DNA from: Brevundimonas sp. | GTDB lineage: Bacteria; Pseudomonadota; Alphaproteobacteria; Caulobacterales; Caulobacteraceae | NCBI RefSeq assembly: GCF_036963785.1 | Contig: NZ_JBALUS010000008.1 | Coordinates: 5,447 to 69,446 of the forward strand | Direction of reading: 5' to 3' | DNA length: 64,000 nt | Shown here: positions 47,353 to 57,756 of the stretch, piece by piece | Numbering within the stretch: position 1 is the first letter of the stretch | Layout: the number at the start of each line of letters is the position of its first letter | The notes under the pieces: model-generated | The model's database searches: none | Told to the model about the DNA's origin: nothing | The model's input: only the letters and a program-made list of their open reading frames with translations | Translations under genes and position numbers: made by a program

Positions 47353-47841
47353 ATGGCGGGCAGCGTCAACAAGGTCATTCTGATCGGCAATCTGGGCAAG
47401 GATCCCGAGATCCGCACCCTCAACAGCGGCGACCGGGTCTGCAATCTGCGGATCGCGACGTCCGAGTCCTGGCGCGACAAGACCTCCGGCGAGCGCAAGG
47501 AGAAGACCGAATGGCACCAGGTGGTCATCTTCAACGAGAACATCGTCAAGGTCTGCGAGAACTACCTGAAGAAGGGCTCGACCGTGTACATCGAGGGCTC
47601 GCTGTCGACGCGGAAGTATGAGCAGAACGGCGTCGAGAAATACACGACCGAGGTCGTGATCCAGCGCTTCAACGGCAATCTGACCATGCTGGGCGGTCGC
47701 GGTGACGGCGGCGGGTCGGGTGGGGGCGGCGGGGGCCGCGGGTCGGACGATGACTATGGCTCGGGCTTCTCCTCGGGTGGTCAGTCGCGGCCGTCGGGTC
47801 CGAAGGAGAACTACGACCTCAACGACGACATCCCCTTCTAG
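47353..47841 (+). CDS. ssb: Single-stranded DNA-binding protein
   Basis: [16 protein letters not shown]; EKTEWH; DDDIPF tail. Confidence 0.98.
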   Translation: MAGSVNKVILIGNLGKDPEIRTLNSGDRVCNLRIATSESWRDKTSGERKEKTEWHQVVIFNENIVKVCENYLKKGSTVYIEGSLSTRKYEQNGVEKYTTEVVIQRFNGNLTMLGGRGDGGGSGGGGGGRGSDDDYGSGFSSGGQSRPSGPKENYDLNDDIPF

Positions 47842-47913
47842 GTCACAGGCCCTGAAACCGTCCGTCACCGCTGTTGACGGGCGGACGGGGCGGAACTGTG
47901 CCAAGAGCGGCGC

Positions 47914-48822
47914 GTGACCCAGACCCGCCCCCTGATTCCCCACAATCTGAGCCTGCTGGAGATCGCGGCCATCGTCGCCGTGATCGTCATCTGGGGCGTG
48001 AACAACGCCGCCGCCAAGGTGGCGACCGACTCGCTGCCGCCGCTGATGACCGGCTCGGTGCGGTTCGCCCTGACGGCCCTGTGCCTGACCGCCTTCATCC
48101 GCCCGCCGTTCCCGAACTGGAAGAGCCTGCTGGTGATCGTGGGCGTGGGCGGGCCGCTGCACTACGGGCTGATCTATGTGGCCTTCTGGCTGGCGGATGA
48201 CGTCAGCCCGGTGTCGGTGGCGGCACAGCTGTGGATCCCGTTCACCGCCCTGTTCGCCTTCCTGTTGCTGGGCGAGCGGCTGAAGCGGCCGGCGCTTGCG
48301 GGGCTGGCGGTGGCCTTCGTCGGCGTGGTGTGGATGTCGGCCGACCCGCATGTGCTGCAGGACTGGGACGCTATCCTGGTCGGCATCGGCGCCGCCTCGG
48401 CGTGGGCCCTAACCACGGTGATCGCCCGGCGCACCACCTCGATCCCGCCGCTCAAGATGCAGGGCCTGCTGGCCATGGTGACCATGCCGGTGCTGGGCCT
48501 GGCCTCGCTGGCCTTTGAGCGGGACCAGATCGCCGCCGCGATGAGCGCCCCGCCGATCGCCTGGGCCGCCGTGCTGTGGGGCGGTCTGGCCTCGTCCGTC
48601 GTGGCCACCACGCTCGTCTTTTGGCTGGTCCAGCGGCGCGAGGCGGGGCGGGTGACGCCCTATCTGCTGGCGACGCCGGTGGTGTCGATCCTGATCGGCT
48701 GGGGCCTGATGGGCGATGTGCTGACCCCGCAGATCCTGATCGGCGCGGCCCTGACCATGGGCGGGGTGGCGGTCGTGGCGCTGGCCGAGCGCGGCCTGCG
48801 CGCCGGAGCTGCCAAGGCCTGA
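47914..48822 (+). CDS. DMT/EamA-family transporter
   Basis: About ten TM segments; IWGVNN; PFTALFAFLLLGERL. Confidence 0.9.
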   Translation: MTQTRPLIPHNLSLLEIAAIVAVIVIWGVNNAAAKVATDSLPPLMTGSVRFALTALCLTAFIRPPFPNWKSLLVIVGVGGPLHYGLIYVAFWLADDVSPVSVAAQLWIPFTALFAFLLLGERLKRPALAGLAVAFVGVVWMSADPHVLQDWDAILVGIGAASAWALTTVIARRTTSIPPLKMQGLLAMVTMPVLGLASLAFERDQIAAAMSAPPIAWAAVLWGGLASSVVATTLVFWLVQRREAGRVTPYLLATPVVSILIGWGLMGDVLTPQILIGAALTMGGVAVVALAERGLRAGAAKA

Positions 48823-48826
48823 ACCG

Positions 48827-50395
48827 TCAGGCCGGAACCACGCCCGGCCGGCCCGCTTCGACGGCGAAGGTGGCCCGGGTCGACAGCGTGCCCGACCGGT
48901 CCGAGACCTTGTCCAGCACCTTGAACTCGGTCTGCCAGCGCTCGGCCGTCACGTCGCAGACGGCATAGCCCCGCTGGGCGTTGTTGAACTTGAGGAAGGG
49001 GTTGTCCTCCAGATAGCGGCCGCCGTCGGCGCGCTGGTCGGTCCCGTCGCCCGAGGAGCTGATCGAGGTGGTGACGAACTCGCTGGCCACGGGCGCCCCG
49101 GACGGATCGCGGCCGTCGATGTGCAGGTCGCCGGCATAGTTCTGATGCTCGTCGCCGGTCAGGACCACGAGGTTGTCGATGCGCCGGTCGCGCACCCGCT
49201 CCAGCAGGCGCCGGCGCGGAATGGCATAGCCCGCCCAGGTGTCGAGGTTGTAGCCGAGCTCGGGCCCTTCCTTGCGGTCCAGATCCATGACCATGATCTG
49301 CTGGGCCAGCACCTTCCAGCGGGCCTGTGAACGGTCGAGGTTGCGGTACAGCCATTGCTCCTGGGCCTCTCCCAGCACCTGGGCCTGGCGGTCGGAAACC
49401 CCCGCGCAGGTGGTGGCCCAGCGGTCGTCGCAGGGCTGGTCCGAGCGGTACTGGCGGGTGTCGAGCAGGTTCAGGTCGAGCAGATTGCCCCAGCCGGCCT
49501 GGCGGTAAAGCTGCAGCGCCGAGCCTTTCGGGAAGGCTGAGCGGCGGACGGGCATATTCTCGTACCAGGCCTGCATGGCGGCCTGCTGGCGCAGCATGAA
49601 GACCTCGGGCGGGGTGCCGTCCTGGTCGATGGCCGCGACCCAGTTGTTGTCGATCTCGTGGTCGTCCCAGGTGCAGAACCAGGCGGTCGAGGCGTGGCTG
49701 GCCTGCAGGTCGGCGTCCATCTTGTACTGGGCGTAGCGGCGGCGGTAGTCGTCGAGGCTGTAGACCTCGCCGCCCAGATGCTGGCGGGGGTTCTCGAAGG
49801 TGCCGCCCGAGCCGTTGTAGAGGCGGCTGGCCCGGCCCTCATAGATGTAGTCGCCGTAGCAGTAGATGAAGTCGAACCGCTCGTCGGCGGCCTTGCGGTG
49901 GGCGGTATAGAAGCCCTGCTCATAGGCCTGACAGCCCAGCACGCCGAAACGGGCGCGGTCGACGGCGGCGCCCGCTGCGGGCGCGGTCACGGCGCGGCCG
50001 ATGGCGCTGCGCTCACGCCCGGCGACGAAGCGGTAGAAATAGCGGCGGCCGGGCTCCAGACCCTCGACCTCGACATGGACCGCGTGGCCCAGTTCGGGGT
50101 GGGCGAGGGCCTCGCCCGAGCGGACCGGGCTGGAAAAGCCGGTGTCGGTGGCGACCTCCCACTTCACCGGCACGGCGGCCGAGGGCATGCCGTGTCCGAT
50201 CTCGAGCGGATCGGGCGCCAGCCGCGTCCAGATGACGAAGCCGTCGGGCAGCGGATCGCCCGAGGCCACGCCCAGCTGGAACGGATAGTCGATGAAGACG
50301 GGGTCGGCGACGACCGCCCGCGCCCCCGACAGCGCCACGCCTCCCATGCCGAGGGACAGCATCATCTGACGACGGGACAGCGAGGGCAGGCGCAT
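48827..50395 (-). CDS. phoD: Alkaline phosphatase D (Tat-exported)
   Basis: SRRQMM Tat motif; GVASGDP; GDYIYE; TWDDHE; LDTRQYR. Confidence 0.92.
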   Translation of the reverse strand: MRLPSLSRRQMMLSLGMGGVALSGARAVVADPVFIDYPFQLGVASGDPLPDGFVIWTRLAPDPLEIGHGMPSAAVPVKWEVATDTGFSSPVRSGEALAHPELGHAVHVEVEGLEPGRRYFYRFVAGRERSAIGRAVTAPAAGAAVDRARFGVLGCQAYEQGFYTAHRKAADERFDFIYCYGDYIYEGRASRLYNGSGGTFENPRQHLGGEVYSLDDYRRRYAQYKMDADLQASHASTAWFCTWDDHEIDNNWVAAIDQDGTPPEVFMLRQQAAMQAWYENMPVRRSAFPKGSALQLYRQAGWGNLLDLNLLDTRQYRSDQPCDDRWATTCAGVSDRQAQVLGEAQEQWLYRNLDRSQARWKVLAQQIMVMDLDRKEGPELGYNLDTWAGYAIPRRRLLERVRDRRIDNLVVLTGDEHQNYAGDLHIDGRDPSGAPVASEFVTTSISSSGDGTDQRADGGRYLEDNPFLKFNNAQRGYAVCDVTAERWQTEFKVLDKVSDRSGTLSTRATFAVEAGRPGVVPA

Positions 50396-50481
50396 GAGAA
50401 GGGCTCCGGAAGGGCAGGGCGGTCAGGCTAGAGCCCGATTGTGACGGCTGATGCGGGGCAAGGGGAGGGGCAAGGCGGGAA

Positions 50482-50595
50482 TTCAGACGGTCGGATATGG
50501 GGAAAAGACCGTCTGAACCGTCTGAATGGTCTGGAATGAGTCCTCCCCCGAGGGGGAGGAATACACACCGTCTGAATAGTCTGAATGGTCTCAAT
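50482..50595. repeat. Array of 9-mer repeats (NNGTCTGAA) flanking a REP hairpin
   Basis: CCGTCTGAA at 50509, 50518 and 50568, inverted copy at 50482, degenerate copies at 50527, 50577 and 50586; TCCTCCCCC-GA-GGGGGAGGA at 50541-60. Confidence 0.7.
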
Positions 50596-50723
50596 CTCCT
50601 GCGGCGTGGCTTCGGCAACCGGACAGTATGGACGCGGCGGGGACCGGGGCGGGCAAAACGGTGCGGAACACGCAGGGGGCGTTGAAGGGGCTGGGGAAAT
50701 GGGGTGTGGGTGTCGCAATTGCT

Positions 50724-50859
50724 GTCTCCTCCCTATCGAAGATGGGGAGGTGGCGCGGCGGCAAAGCCGACGTGACGGAGGGGCTCTTGAGGGCGAGTGC
50801 GCAGTGAAGAACCCCTCCACCGCTCCGCGGTCCCCCTCCCCATAAAATGGGGAGGAGAC
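50724..50859. repeat. REP/CIR-like palindromic element
   Basis: Terminal inverted repeats GTCTCCTCCCTAT/ATGGGGAGGAGAC (12 of 13 match); internal GGAGGGG/CCCCTCC stem; same family as 11292. Confidence 0.85.
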
Positions 50860-50871
50860 GGGTCGAGCGCG

Positions 50872-51222
50872 TTACTGCCCCGCCTGCCATTCGCGGAGCT
50901 CGGCGAGCTTGGTGGTGTGGGTGTCGAGGGTGGCTTGAGCGATGCGGCGGAGGTCCGGGTCCTGCGACTGGTCCAACACCTGGCGGGCGGTGGCAATGGC
51001 CGCTTCGTGGTCGGCGATCAGGGCCGAGGCGAGGGCCGGTTCGGCAGAGGGCGCGACGGGGGCCGGGGCCGGGGCCTGGCGCTGCTGCTCCTCGGTGGTC
51101 TTGAGGGCCGCCGCGTGTCGTTCGGCTGAGGCGTCGCGCAGGGCCTGCTGGACCGGGTCGCCGCCGCCGTCGCAGGCGGCGAGGGCAAGGGCAAGGACCG
51201 AAACGGCGACCATCCGGGACAT
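50872..51222 (-). CDS. Lipoprotein, DUF305-like helical domain
   Basis: Lipobox LAAC; IADHEAAIATA...DPDLRRIAQ. Confidence 0.65.
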   Translation of the reverse strand: MSRMVAVSVLALALAACDGGGDPVQQALRDASAERHAAALKTTEEQQRQAPAPAPVAPSAEPALASALIADHEAAIATARQVLDQSQDPDLRRIAQATLDTHTTKLAELREWQAGQ

Positions 51223-51251
51223 CACGGGGCGGCGGCGACAGGGGGACACGC

Positions 51252-51611
51252 TCATTCGCTATCCTCTCCGAATATGACCAATGAAACCGGACCAGTGGTG
51301 CCCTCCGCGTGTTCGGGCAGTAGATCGCCCAGTGCCGCGTAGAAGGCGGAGAACTCCGGATAGTCGAGCTCGGGACGCATCTGCACACAGACGTCAACTT
51401 CGCCCTCGCGGCCCCAGGCGTGCTCGGTGACCGAAACTACCCGCGGATCGGACCCCAGAAAATCGGCAACGCGACTGCGGGTCTGCTGGTCGATGCCACA
51501 GCATTTGCTGGCGAAGCGAACCACGAGCGTGCATCGGCCATGGCTATCAAGCGCATTCATGGGAGCGGAGCTGCAGGCCGCCAGCAGCATTGCCAGGGCC
51601 AGTATCCGCAT
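51252..51611 (-). CDS. Small lipoprotein, hypothetical
   Basis: Lipobox LAAC; VVRFASKCCGID; starts 4 bp after the purL stop. Confidence 0.6.
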   Translation of the reverse strand: MRILALAMLLAACSSAPMNALDSHGRCTLVVRFASKCCGIDQQTRSRVADFLGSDPRVVSVTEHAWGREGEVDVCVQMRPELDYPEFSAFYAALGDLLPEHAEGTTGPVSLVIFGEDSE

Positions 51612-51615
51612 CGGA

Positions 51616-53811
51616 CTATCCTTGGATCCAGTTGGGCATCCAGCCTTCGTGCATTTCACGCAGGTGGTCGAGCGGAATGCGGAACAGGTCGCCGGACATG
51701 AAGTCGCGGCCTTTGGCGCGGCCGACGACCGAGGCGTGCAGGCCGGCGGCCTGGGCGTCGGCGATCAGGGTCGAGGGATCGGCGACGGCGACCAGATAGC
51801 GGGCCTGATCCTCGGCAAACAGCAGGACATGGGCGTGTTCGGGCGAGGTGGCATCCAGCTCGATGCCGCAGTCGGAGGCCAGGGCGATGTCGGCGGCCGC
51901 GCCGATCAGGCCACCATCGCTGAGGTCGTGGACGCAGGTCAGGGCCCCGGCCTCGATCCGCTCGCGCACGAAGTCGCCGGTCTTCTTCTCCAGTGCCAGA
52001 TCGACGGGCGGCGGGGCGCCGTCCTCGCGGCCCAGCACTTCGCGGAGATAGAGGGAGGCGCCCAGCTCGCCACGGGTCTCGCCGATCAGGACCAGGGTCT
52101 CGCCCTCGGTCATGCCGCCAAAGCCGACGGTGACGTCGTAGTTGGGCAGCAGGCCGACCGCGCCGACGGTCGGGGTCGGCGGAATGGCGACGCCATTGGT
52201 CTCGTTATAGAGGCTGACATTGCCGCTCACGACCGGGAAGTCGAGCACGCGGCAGGCCTCGGCCATGCCGTCGATGGCGCGCACGATCTGGCCCATGATC
52301 TCGGGCCGCTGCGGATTGCCGAAATTGAGGTTGTCGGTGATGGCGATGGGGCGCGAGCCCACGGCGGTCAGGTTGCGCCAGGCCTCGGCCACGCACTGCT
52401 TGCCGCCCTCATAGGGGTCGTTCTGGACATAGCGGGGGGTGCAGTCGCTGGTCACCGCCAGCCCCTTGTCCGTGCCGTGCACGCGGACCACGCCGGCGTC
52501 GGCGCCGGTGGCCGAGTCGTGCAGGGTGTCGGCCATGACGTGGCGGTCGTACTGCTCCCACAGCCAGCGCTTGGACGCCATGTCGGGGCAGCAGACCACA
52601 TTCAGCACGGCGTCGGGCCAGCTGTCGGGCGCGGGCACATCCTTGGGATCGATCCGGGGGTGCAGTTCGGGCTGGACCCAGGGCCGGTCATAGAGGGGGG
52701 CGTCGTCGAACAGGGGCGCCAGCGGCACATCGCAGACGACCTTGCCGTGATGGTTCAGAACCAGACGGCCGGTGTCGGTCGTGCGGCCGATGACGGCGGC
52801 ATCCAGGCCCCACTTCTTGAAGATGCGATAGCCGTCTTCCTCGCGGCCCGGCTTGAGCACGGCCAGCATGCGTTCCTGGCTTTCGGACAGCATCATCTCA
52901 TAGGCGGTCATGCCCGTTTCGCGCTGGGGCACGGCGTCCATGTCCAGCTCGATGCCGACGCCCCCCTTGCCGGCCATCTCGACCGAGGAGGAGGTCAGGC
53001 CGGCCGCGCCCATGTCCTGGATGGCGGCGACCGCGCCCGAGGCCATCAGCTCGAGCGTCGCCTCGATCAGCAGTTTTTCGGCAAAGGGGTCGCCGACCTG
53101 GACGGTGGGGCGCTTCGATTCCGACTCGTCGTCGAACTCGGCCGAGGACATGGTGGCGCCATGGATGCCGTCGCGACCGGTCTTTGAGCCGAAATAGACG
53201 ACCGACAGGCCGGGTCCGGGGGCGGCGGAGTAGAAGATGCTGTCGGCCTTCGCCAGGCCCACGCACATGGCGTTGACCAGGATGTTGCCGTTGTAGCCCC
53301 GGTGGAAATTGGTCTCGCCGGCCACGGTCGGCACGCCGACGCAGTTGCCATAGCCGCCGATACCCGAGACGACGCCCGACACCAGACGGCGGGTCTTTTC
53401 ATGCTCCGGGTCGCCGAAGCGCAGGGCGTTCAGCAGGGCCACGGGCCGGGCGCCCATGGTGAAGACGTCGCGCATGATGCCGCCCACGCCCGTCGCCGCG
53501 CCCTGATAGGGCTCGATGAAGCTGGGGTGGTTATGGCTCTCCATCTTGAAGATGCAGGCGTCGCCGTCGTCGATGTCGATGACGCCCGCGTTCTCGCCCG
53601 GGCCGCAGATGACCCGCGGGCCCTTGGTCGGGAATTTGCCGAGGTGGATCTTCGACGACTTGTACGAGCAGTGCTCGGACCACATGACCGAGAAGACGCC
53701 CAGTTCGACGTCATTGGGCTCTCGTCCCAGACGGTCGAGGACGACCTGATACTCGGCGGGGGACAGGCCGTATTCGGCGGCCAGTTCGGCCATGGATTTC
53801 GGTGCGCTCAT
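51616..53811 (-). CDS. purL: Phosphoribosylformylglycinamidine synthase subunit L
   Basis: [11 protein letters not shown]; ESHNHPS; QDMGAAGL; HDLSDGG. Confidence 0.98.
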   Translation of the reverse strand: MSAPKSMAELAAEYGLSPAEYQVVLDRLGREPNDVELGVFSVMWSEHCSYKSSKIHLGKFPTKGPRVICGPGENAGVIDIDDGDACIFKMESHNHPSFIEPYQGAATGVGGIMRDVFTMGARPVALLNALRFGDPEHEKTRRLVSGVVSGIGGYGNCVGVPTVAGETNFHRGYNGNILVNAMCVGLAKADSIFYSAAPGPGLSVVYFGSKTGRDGIHGATMSSAEFDDESESKRPTVQVGDPFAEKLLIEATLELMASGAVAAIQDMGAAGLTSSSVEMAGKGGVGIELDMDAVPQRETGMTAYEMMLSESQERMLAVLKPGREEDGYRIFKKWGLDAAVIGRTTDTGRLVLNHHGKVVCDVPLAPLFDDAPLYDRPWVQPELHPRIDPKDVPAPDSWPDAVLNVVCCPDMASKRWLWEQYDRHVMADTLHDSATGADAGVVRVHGTDKGLAVTSDCTPRYVQNDPYEGGKQCVAEAWRNLTAVGSRPIAITDNLNFGNPQRPEIMGQIVRAIDGMAEACRVLDFPVVSGNVSLYNETNGVAIPPTPTVGAVGLLPNYDVTVGFGGMTEGETLVLIGETRGELGASLYLREVLGREDGAPPPVDLALEKKTGDFVRERIEAGALTCVHDLSDGGLIGAAADIALASDCGIELDATSPEHAHVLLFAEDQARYLVAVADPSTLIADAQAAGLHASVVGRAKGRDFMSGDLFRIPLDHLREMHEGWMPNWIQG

Positions 53812-53844
53812 GGCTGGCGCTTCTAGCGAGGTTCGCTGCCGGAG

Positions 53845-54669
53845 TCAGCCTTGCGGATCGGTCGGCTGCGTATTTCTGACGGGCTGGAGGCGGAAGCTGA
53901 GGATGATGGCCCCCACCAGCACGGCGACGGCTGCGGTCAGGGCCACATAGGCCAGCAGGGCATTGCGCGGTTGCTCGGCCACGAACACGGCCAGCAGGCC
54001 CCAGGCGATGGGCAGGGCGTAGGCGATCTGGCGCAGGCGGGCGGTGACGACCAGCCCCGCCAGAGCCACCAGTCCGACCGCCAGAATGGCCCAGGAGGTC
54101 GGCGGCAGGATGTCGGGCAGGGCGTCGTTGCCTGTGACCACGGTCAGCAGATTGACCGGGGCGGCAATCGTCAGCCAGCCGGCCAGCAGCATCAGCGGCC
54201 AGGCGGTCAGCCACAGTTCGGCATCCTTGCGCCCGAGCGCGCGGATCTGGCGCGCCTTGAGCAGCAGGGGGATCAGGATCACCAGCAGGGAGCCGAAGAT
54301 CAGGATAATGGTGGTGATCTCGGCATCCAGGGCGGCGGCCACGACCCACCAGCCGATGCCCAGCAGCGCGCCGACCGCGGGCCAGCCCAGCGCCTCGGTC
54401 AACGGGCGGTCGCGCCCCTGCGGCAGCAGCTGGAACACCGCATGGGCGAACAGGCCCAGATAGATGAGACCCCAGATGGCGAAGGCGTAGCTGGCGACCT
54501 TCAGCGTCTCGTCGCTGTCGGCCGAGAACTCGGCCGGGCTCTGGCCCCAGCCGATGGCCGTCTGGGAATAGCCGATGGCGATGGCGAAGATCACCGCCGA
54601 AAGCAGGATCAGGCGGCGGATGAGTGCGGTCGAGAGGGCGTCGGGCGTTTGCATGACGGCATTACGCAC
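53845..54669 (-). CDS. TspO-like Trp-rich integral membrane protein
   Basis: About eight TM segments; YAFAIWGLIY; AGWLTIA. Confidence 0.7.
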   Translation of the reverse strand: MRNAVMQTPDALSTALIRRLILLSAVIFAIAIGYSQTAIGWGQSPAEFSADSDETLKVASYAFAIWGLIYLGLFAHAVFQLLPQGRDRPLTEALGWPAVGALLGIGWWVVAAALDAEITTIILIFGSLLVILIPLLLKARQIRALGRKDAELWLTAWPLMLLAGWLTIAAPVNLLTVVTGNDALPDILPPTSWAILAVGLVALAGLVVTARLRQIAYALPIAWGLLAVFVAEQPRNALLAYVALTAAVAVLVGAIILSFRLQPVRNTQPTDPQG

Positions 54670-54684
54670 CGGAATGGCAAAGGT

Positions 54685-55833
54685 TCAATGACGAGGGGTC
54701 CGTCCCGGGCCCGGGGCGGCGTCGGGTGCGAGCAAAAGGGCGACCAACTCGCCCTGTCGATGGGTGCCGGTCTTGGCGTAGATCGCCTGCATCTGGGACC
54801 GGACCGTCGCGCGGCTGACGCCCCGGTCGGCGGCGATGCCAGTGAGGGAAAGTCCATTGACCAGGCCGGCGGCGATGGCGCTTTCGGCGCCGGTCAGCCC
54901 ATACCGCGTCTGCATCATCTGCAGGGGATCCGCCGCGGCCCGGGTGGGCAGGGCGATGACGAGAACCGCAGGCCCCTGACCGAGTGCGCTCCGTTCCAGA
55001 GGGAGCGACTGGACATCGAACTCGCGCGCGGCCCGACCGTCGATCGCGCGCAGGCAGATTGGAGGTGCCGGTGAAGGCAAGCCCTGCTTCGCGGCGGAAA
55101 GCGCCGTGGCCAGGCGATGATCGAGCACGGGCTGGTCGATCTTGCAGGCGGCCTTGAGGCGTCCGTACCGGGCGGTCAGCAGGGACCCGTCCGCGATCAG
55201 GGCCTGCCCGGCCGCAGACAGGCCGACAATCCGTCCCTCGCCATCCAGAAGAAAGGCTGCGGCCTTCACGGTTTCGAACGCCTGCAGGGTTGCCGCCATC
55301 CGTGCCTCGGCGAGGACGGCCGCCAGCCGGACCGCCGTCTGAAGGGACGGAACAAGCTCGGCCATCGCCCGGAAGGCCGCGGCGTCGAACGGGCCCTGCT
55401 TGCGGCTGCGGGTGACCGAGGCGCGGACCAGCCTCCCGTCGCGGCGGCCCAGAACGGTCTGACAGTTGAACGGAAAGTCGTTCGGCTCGAACATTTCGGC
55501 GTAGATCGGATGCCGGGCGCGGGTTTCGGCATCGACATAGTCCTGATCGGCAATCAGGGCGCCTGTCGCCGCGCGCCGCCCGATCCGGACGCGGGGATTG
55601 ACCACGGGATTGGCCAGCCCGAAGGCCTCGATGTCCCCGATGAAGGTTTCCGGCGCATTGGTCAGCCGGTGGACGGCGATCTCGCCGTCCGCATTCAGGG
55701 CGATGAGTTGTCCGGAGCGGCCCCCGCAGGCATCAGCGACCGCCTGCAAGGCCCGATCCCAGTCGCAGTCTCCGAGTGCGGCCTCCAGAAGGAGCGCCCC
55801 GGCCACCACCGTCGGACGTACTGGATCGGACAC
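54685..55833 (-). CDS. LuxR-type HTH regulator with N-terminal sensory (GAF/PAS-like) region
   Basis: YGLTGAE..IA..L..G.SL..IA..RGVSRATVRSQM..IY.KTG..RQ.ELV. Confidence 0.9.
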   Translation of the reverse strand: MSDPVRPTVVAGALLLEAALGDCDWDRALQAVADACGGRSGQLIALNADGEIAVHRLTNAPETFIGDIEAFGLANPVVNPRVRIGRRAATGALIADQDYVDAETRARHPIYAEMFEPNDFPFNCQTVLGRRDGRLVRASVTRSRKQGPFDAAAFRAMAELVPSLQTAVRLAAVLAEARMAATLQAFETVKAAAFLLDGEGRIVGLSAAGQALIADGSLLTARYGRLKAACKIDQPVLDHRLATALSAAKQGLPSPAPPICLRAIDGRAAREFDVQSLPLERSALGQGPAVLVIALPTRAAADPLQMMQTRYGLTGAESAIAAGLVNGLSLTGIAADRGVSRATVRSQMQAIYAKTGTHRQGELVALLLAPDAAPGPGRTPRH

Positions 55834-55965
55834 GCGCGCAGGCCTCCTTCAAGTCTCATATACCGCTGGTTGGGCAGGGCGGCCACTCCCGTCATGCATT
55901 TGGATGATGCGCAGCCGGGCTCCCGGTGCTGCTGTAGCGACAGTCAACACGATGGGGAAAAGCTC

Positions 55966-56841
55966 ATGAGACCGTCGACACTCCTCATGACGAGCTTTGG
56001 CGCGATGCTCACGCTGGCCACGCCGGTGCTGGCCCAAGAGACCCAATGGTTCGAGATCAGAACCGCCAATGACTGCCTGTTCTACCGCGACTACCTGGTG
56101 CCGGGGCAGACGTTCGCATGGAGTGGTTCCTGTGCTCCGGGCGCACCGATTTCCGGCGCTGGCGTTCTGGAAAGCCGAACTGCGCCGGATGCTGACGGGT
56201 TCTTCATTCTGGAACGAGAGCGTGGAACCATGCAGGGGGGATATTGGCACGGACCCGTGTCGATCAGCCGTTTTGAGTCCTTGGGAGGCGAGTCCTGGCC
56301 AGCGGGCGAACGTCAGTCGCAATACAATATGGGATGTCCGGTCACGATGCAGGCCTGCACTCCCGGCGTGGTCATGGCCGCGGCGGATGCAGAAGAGATA
56401 GCGTCCGACAACGGCCCCGTGCCGAACCGGCTCACCAATGATTCCGAGCCCGGTCCCGATGGAATTGAATCCGCGAATCCGCCGGAGTCTGGCATGCCGG
56501 TGGCCTTCCTGCACCCGCACACGGGACGGCCGTGTGTGACCCTGACCAGGGTCGAGGCGCGCAACGAAAGCAATGAGCGCCGGCACCGGGTCGTGCATGT
56601 CCTGCACTTCCAGAACATCTGCGACGCGACCTTTTCCATCTCCGCACGCCGCATCGCGCTGGGTGAGCAGACGAACGACCCCGATGGCATCAGCGGCAAT
56701 GGAATAGACCCGGCGCCGTCGGAAGCGACGGTCGTTCGAATCACCTGCATCGAGGAGGGCGAGCGCAATGCGTGCCTCGGCTTTTCCGAATGGTGGGTCC
56801 GGGGAGGCGGACAGAGAACCGACGCCTTTCCGGTTGGGTGA
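55966..56841 (+). CDS. Secreted Cys-rich two-domain protein A
   Basis: Signal peptide ending VLA-Q; WSGSC..G...G.G.LE domain. Confidence 0.7.
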   Translation: MRPSTLLMTSFGAMLTLATPVLAQETQWFEIRTANDCLFYRDYLVPGQTFAWSGSCAPGAPISGAGVLESRTAPDADGFFILERERGTMQGGYWHGPVSISRFESLGGESWPAGERQSQYNMGCPVTMQACTPGVVMAAADAEEIASDNGPVPNRLTNDSEPGPDGIESANPPESGMPVAFLHPHTGRPCVTLTRVEARNESNERRHRVVHVLHFQNICDATFSISARRIALGEQTNDPDGISGNGIDPAPSEATVVRITCIEEGERNACLGFSEWWVRGGGQRTDAFPVG

Positions 56842-56877
56842 TTTCGCAACTCAGCGAATCCATGAGCGGAGCATGAA

Positions 56878-57717
56878 ATGCCCAGAATAATTCTCGCAGC
56901 AGCCGTCGCGACAGGGGTCTTGGTCTGCGTCGATCCTGCCATGGCCCAGACCGGTCGCTGGAACGACATCACCACGACTTCGGGGTGTGGGGTTTCCGAG
57001 TTCCGCAACTCGGCTGCACCGCCCGTGGCGATCTGGAGCGGAGCCTGCCAGGGAGGGCGGGCGCAGGGCCGGGGCACCCTGGAACAGCGATCAGCGACCG
57101 AAAGCGACGGTTCCTATGGCGCCAGCCGCTCCACCGGAGAGATGGTCGACGGCTATTTCAACGGGCCCGTTGAGTACGAGGACTATTGGGCGGCGGGAGG
57201 TCGACGGCCTTCTGGCGTGGCCCGCCGGACGCATCGCTACACGATGGGGTGTGAGGCGGGCTGGGGCGATGACTGCACGCCCCGCCGGCGCGAGACAACG
57301 GCCAGCGTGGACGCTGGAACCGGCCCTTCCCCGTACGGCGGGACAGCCAACCGTGTCGGATCGTCGAATCCGCCGGGGTTTGGTCAGGCCTCGGGTGCGT
57401 CTGAAATCGACACCAGTAGCCACAACCAGTGCGTCCAGCCTGTCTATCCGCAGGGAGGGGCGGCACCCTACTTCACGAACAGCTGCGGTTATGGGGTCCG
57501 CATCGCCTACTGCGTTCTCCATCCGACGCCGGGGAACAGCAGCCGGGTGAATGACTGCCAGACACGCAGGCCTGCCGTGGATCTGATCGGTGCAGGCCAG
57601 CGCCAGGTCGCGCTCATTTCGGGGGACATGGTCTATTGGGTGGCGTGTCGCGCACCGGCCTTGCCGCAGGATTTGCGCTTCCAGCTGGGGGTCGGTCTGA
57701 GCGCCCGATGCGGATGA
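56878..57717 (+). CDS. Secreted Cys-rich two-domain protein B (paralog of A)
   Basis: Signal peptide ending AMA-Q; WSGAC.GG...G.G.LE; Y.MGC. Confidence 0.75.
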   Translation: MPRIILAAAVATGVLVCVDPAMAQTGRWNDITTTSGCGVSEFRNSAAPPVAIWSGACQGGRAQGRGTLEQRSATESDGSYGASRSTGEMVDGYFNGPVEYEDYWAAGGRRPSGVARRTHRYTMGCEAGWGDDCTPRRRETTASVDAGTGPSPYGGTANRVGSSNPPGFGQASGASEIDTSSHNQCVQPVYPQGGAAPYFTNSCGYGVRIAYCVLHPTPGNSSRVNDCQTRRPAVDLIGAGQRQVALISGDMVYWVACRAPALPQDLRFQLGVGLSARCG

Positions 57718-57756
57718 CGCCCGGGAGGCGATGATCCGTCGGGGGGAGACGAGCCC

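Noticed and set aside
50482-50595. Neisseria DNA uptake sequence (GCCGTCTGAA)
   Set aside because: Only the 9-nt core CCGTCTGAA matches (the preceding base is A), it is clustered at one site rather than dispersed, and the host lineage is wrong
11292-50859. CRISPR array
   Set aside because: The repeats are isolated nested palindromes, not regularly spaced direct repeats with unique spacers, and there are no cas genes
50428-50996. ORFs 50428-50820, 50497-50685, 50585-50845 and 50733-50996 as genes
   Set aside because: They are translations of the REP and repeat DNA, with no SD or family signature
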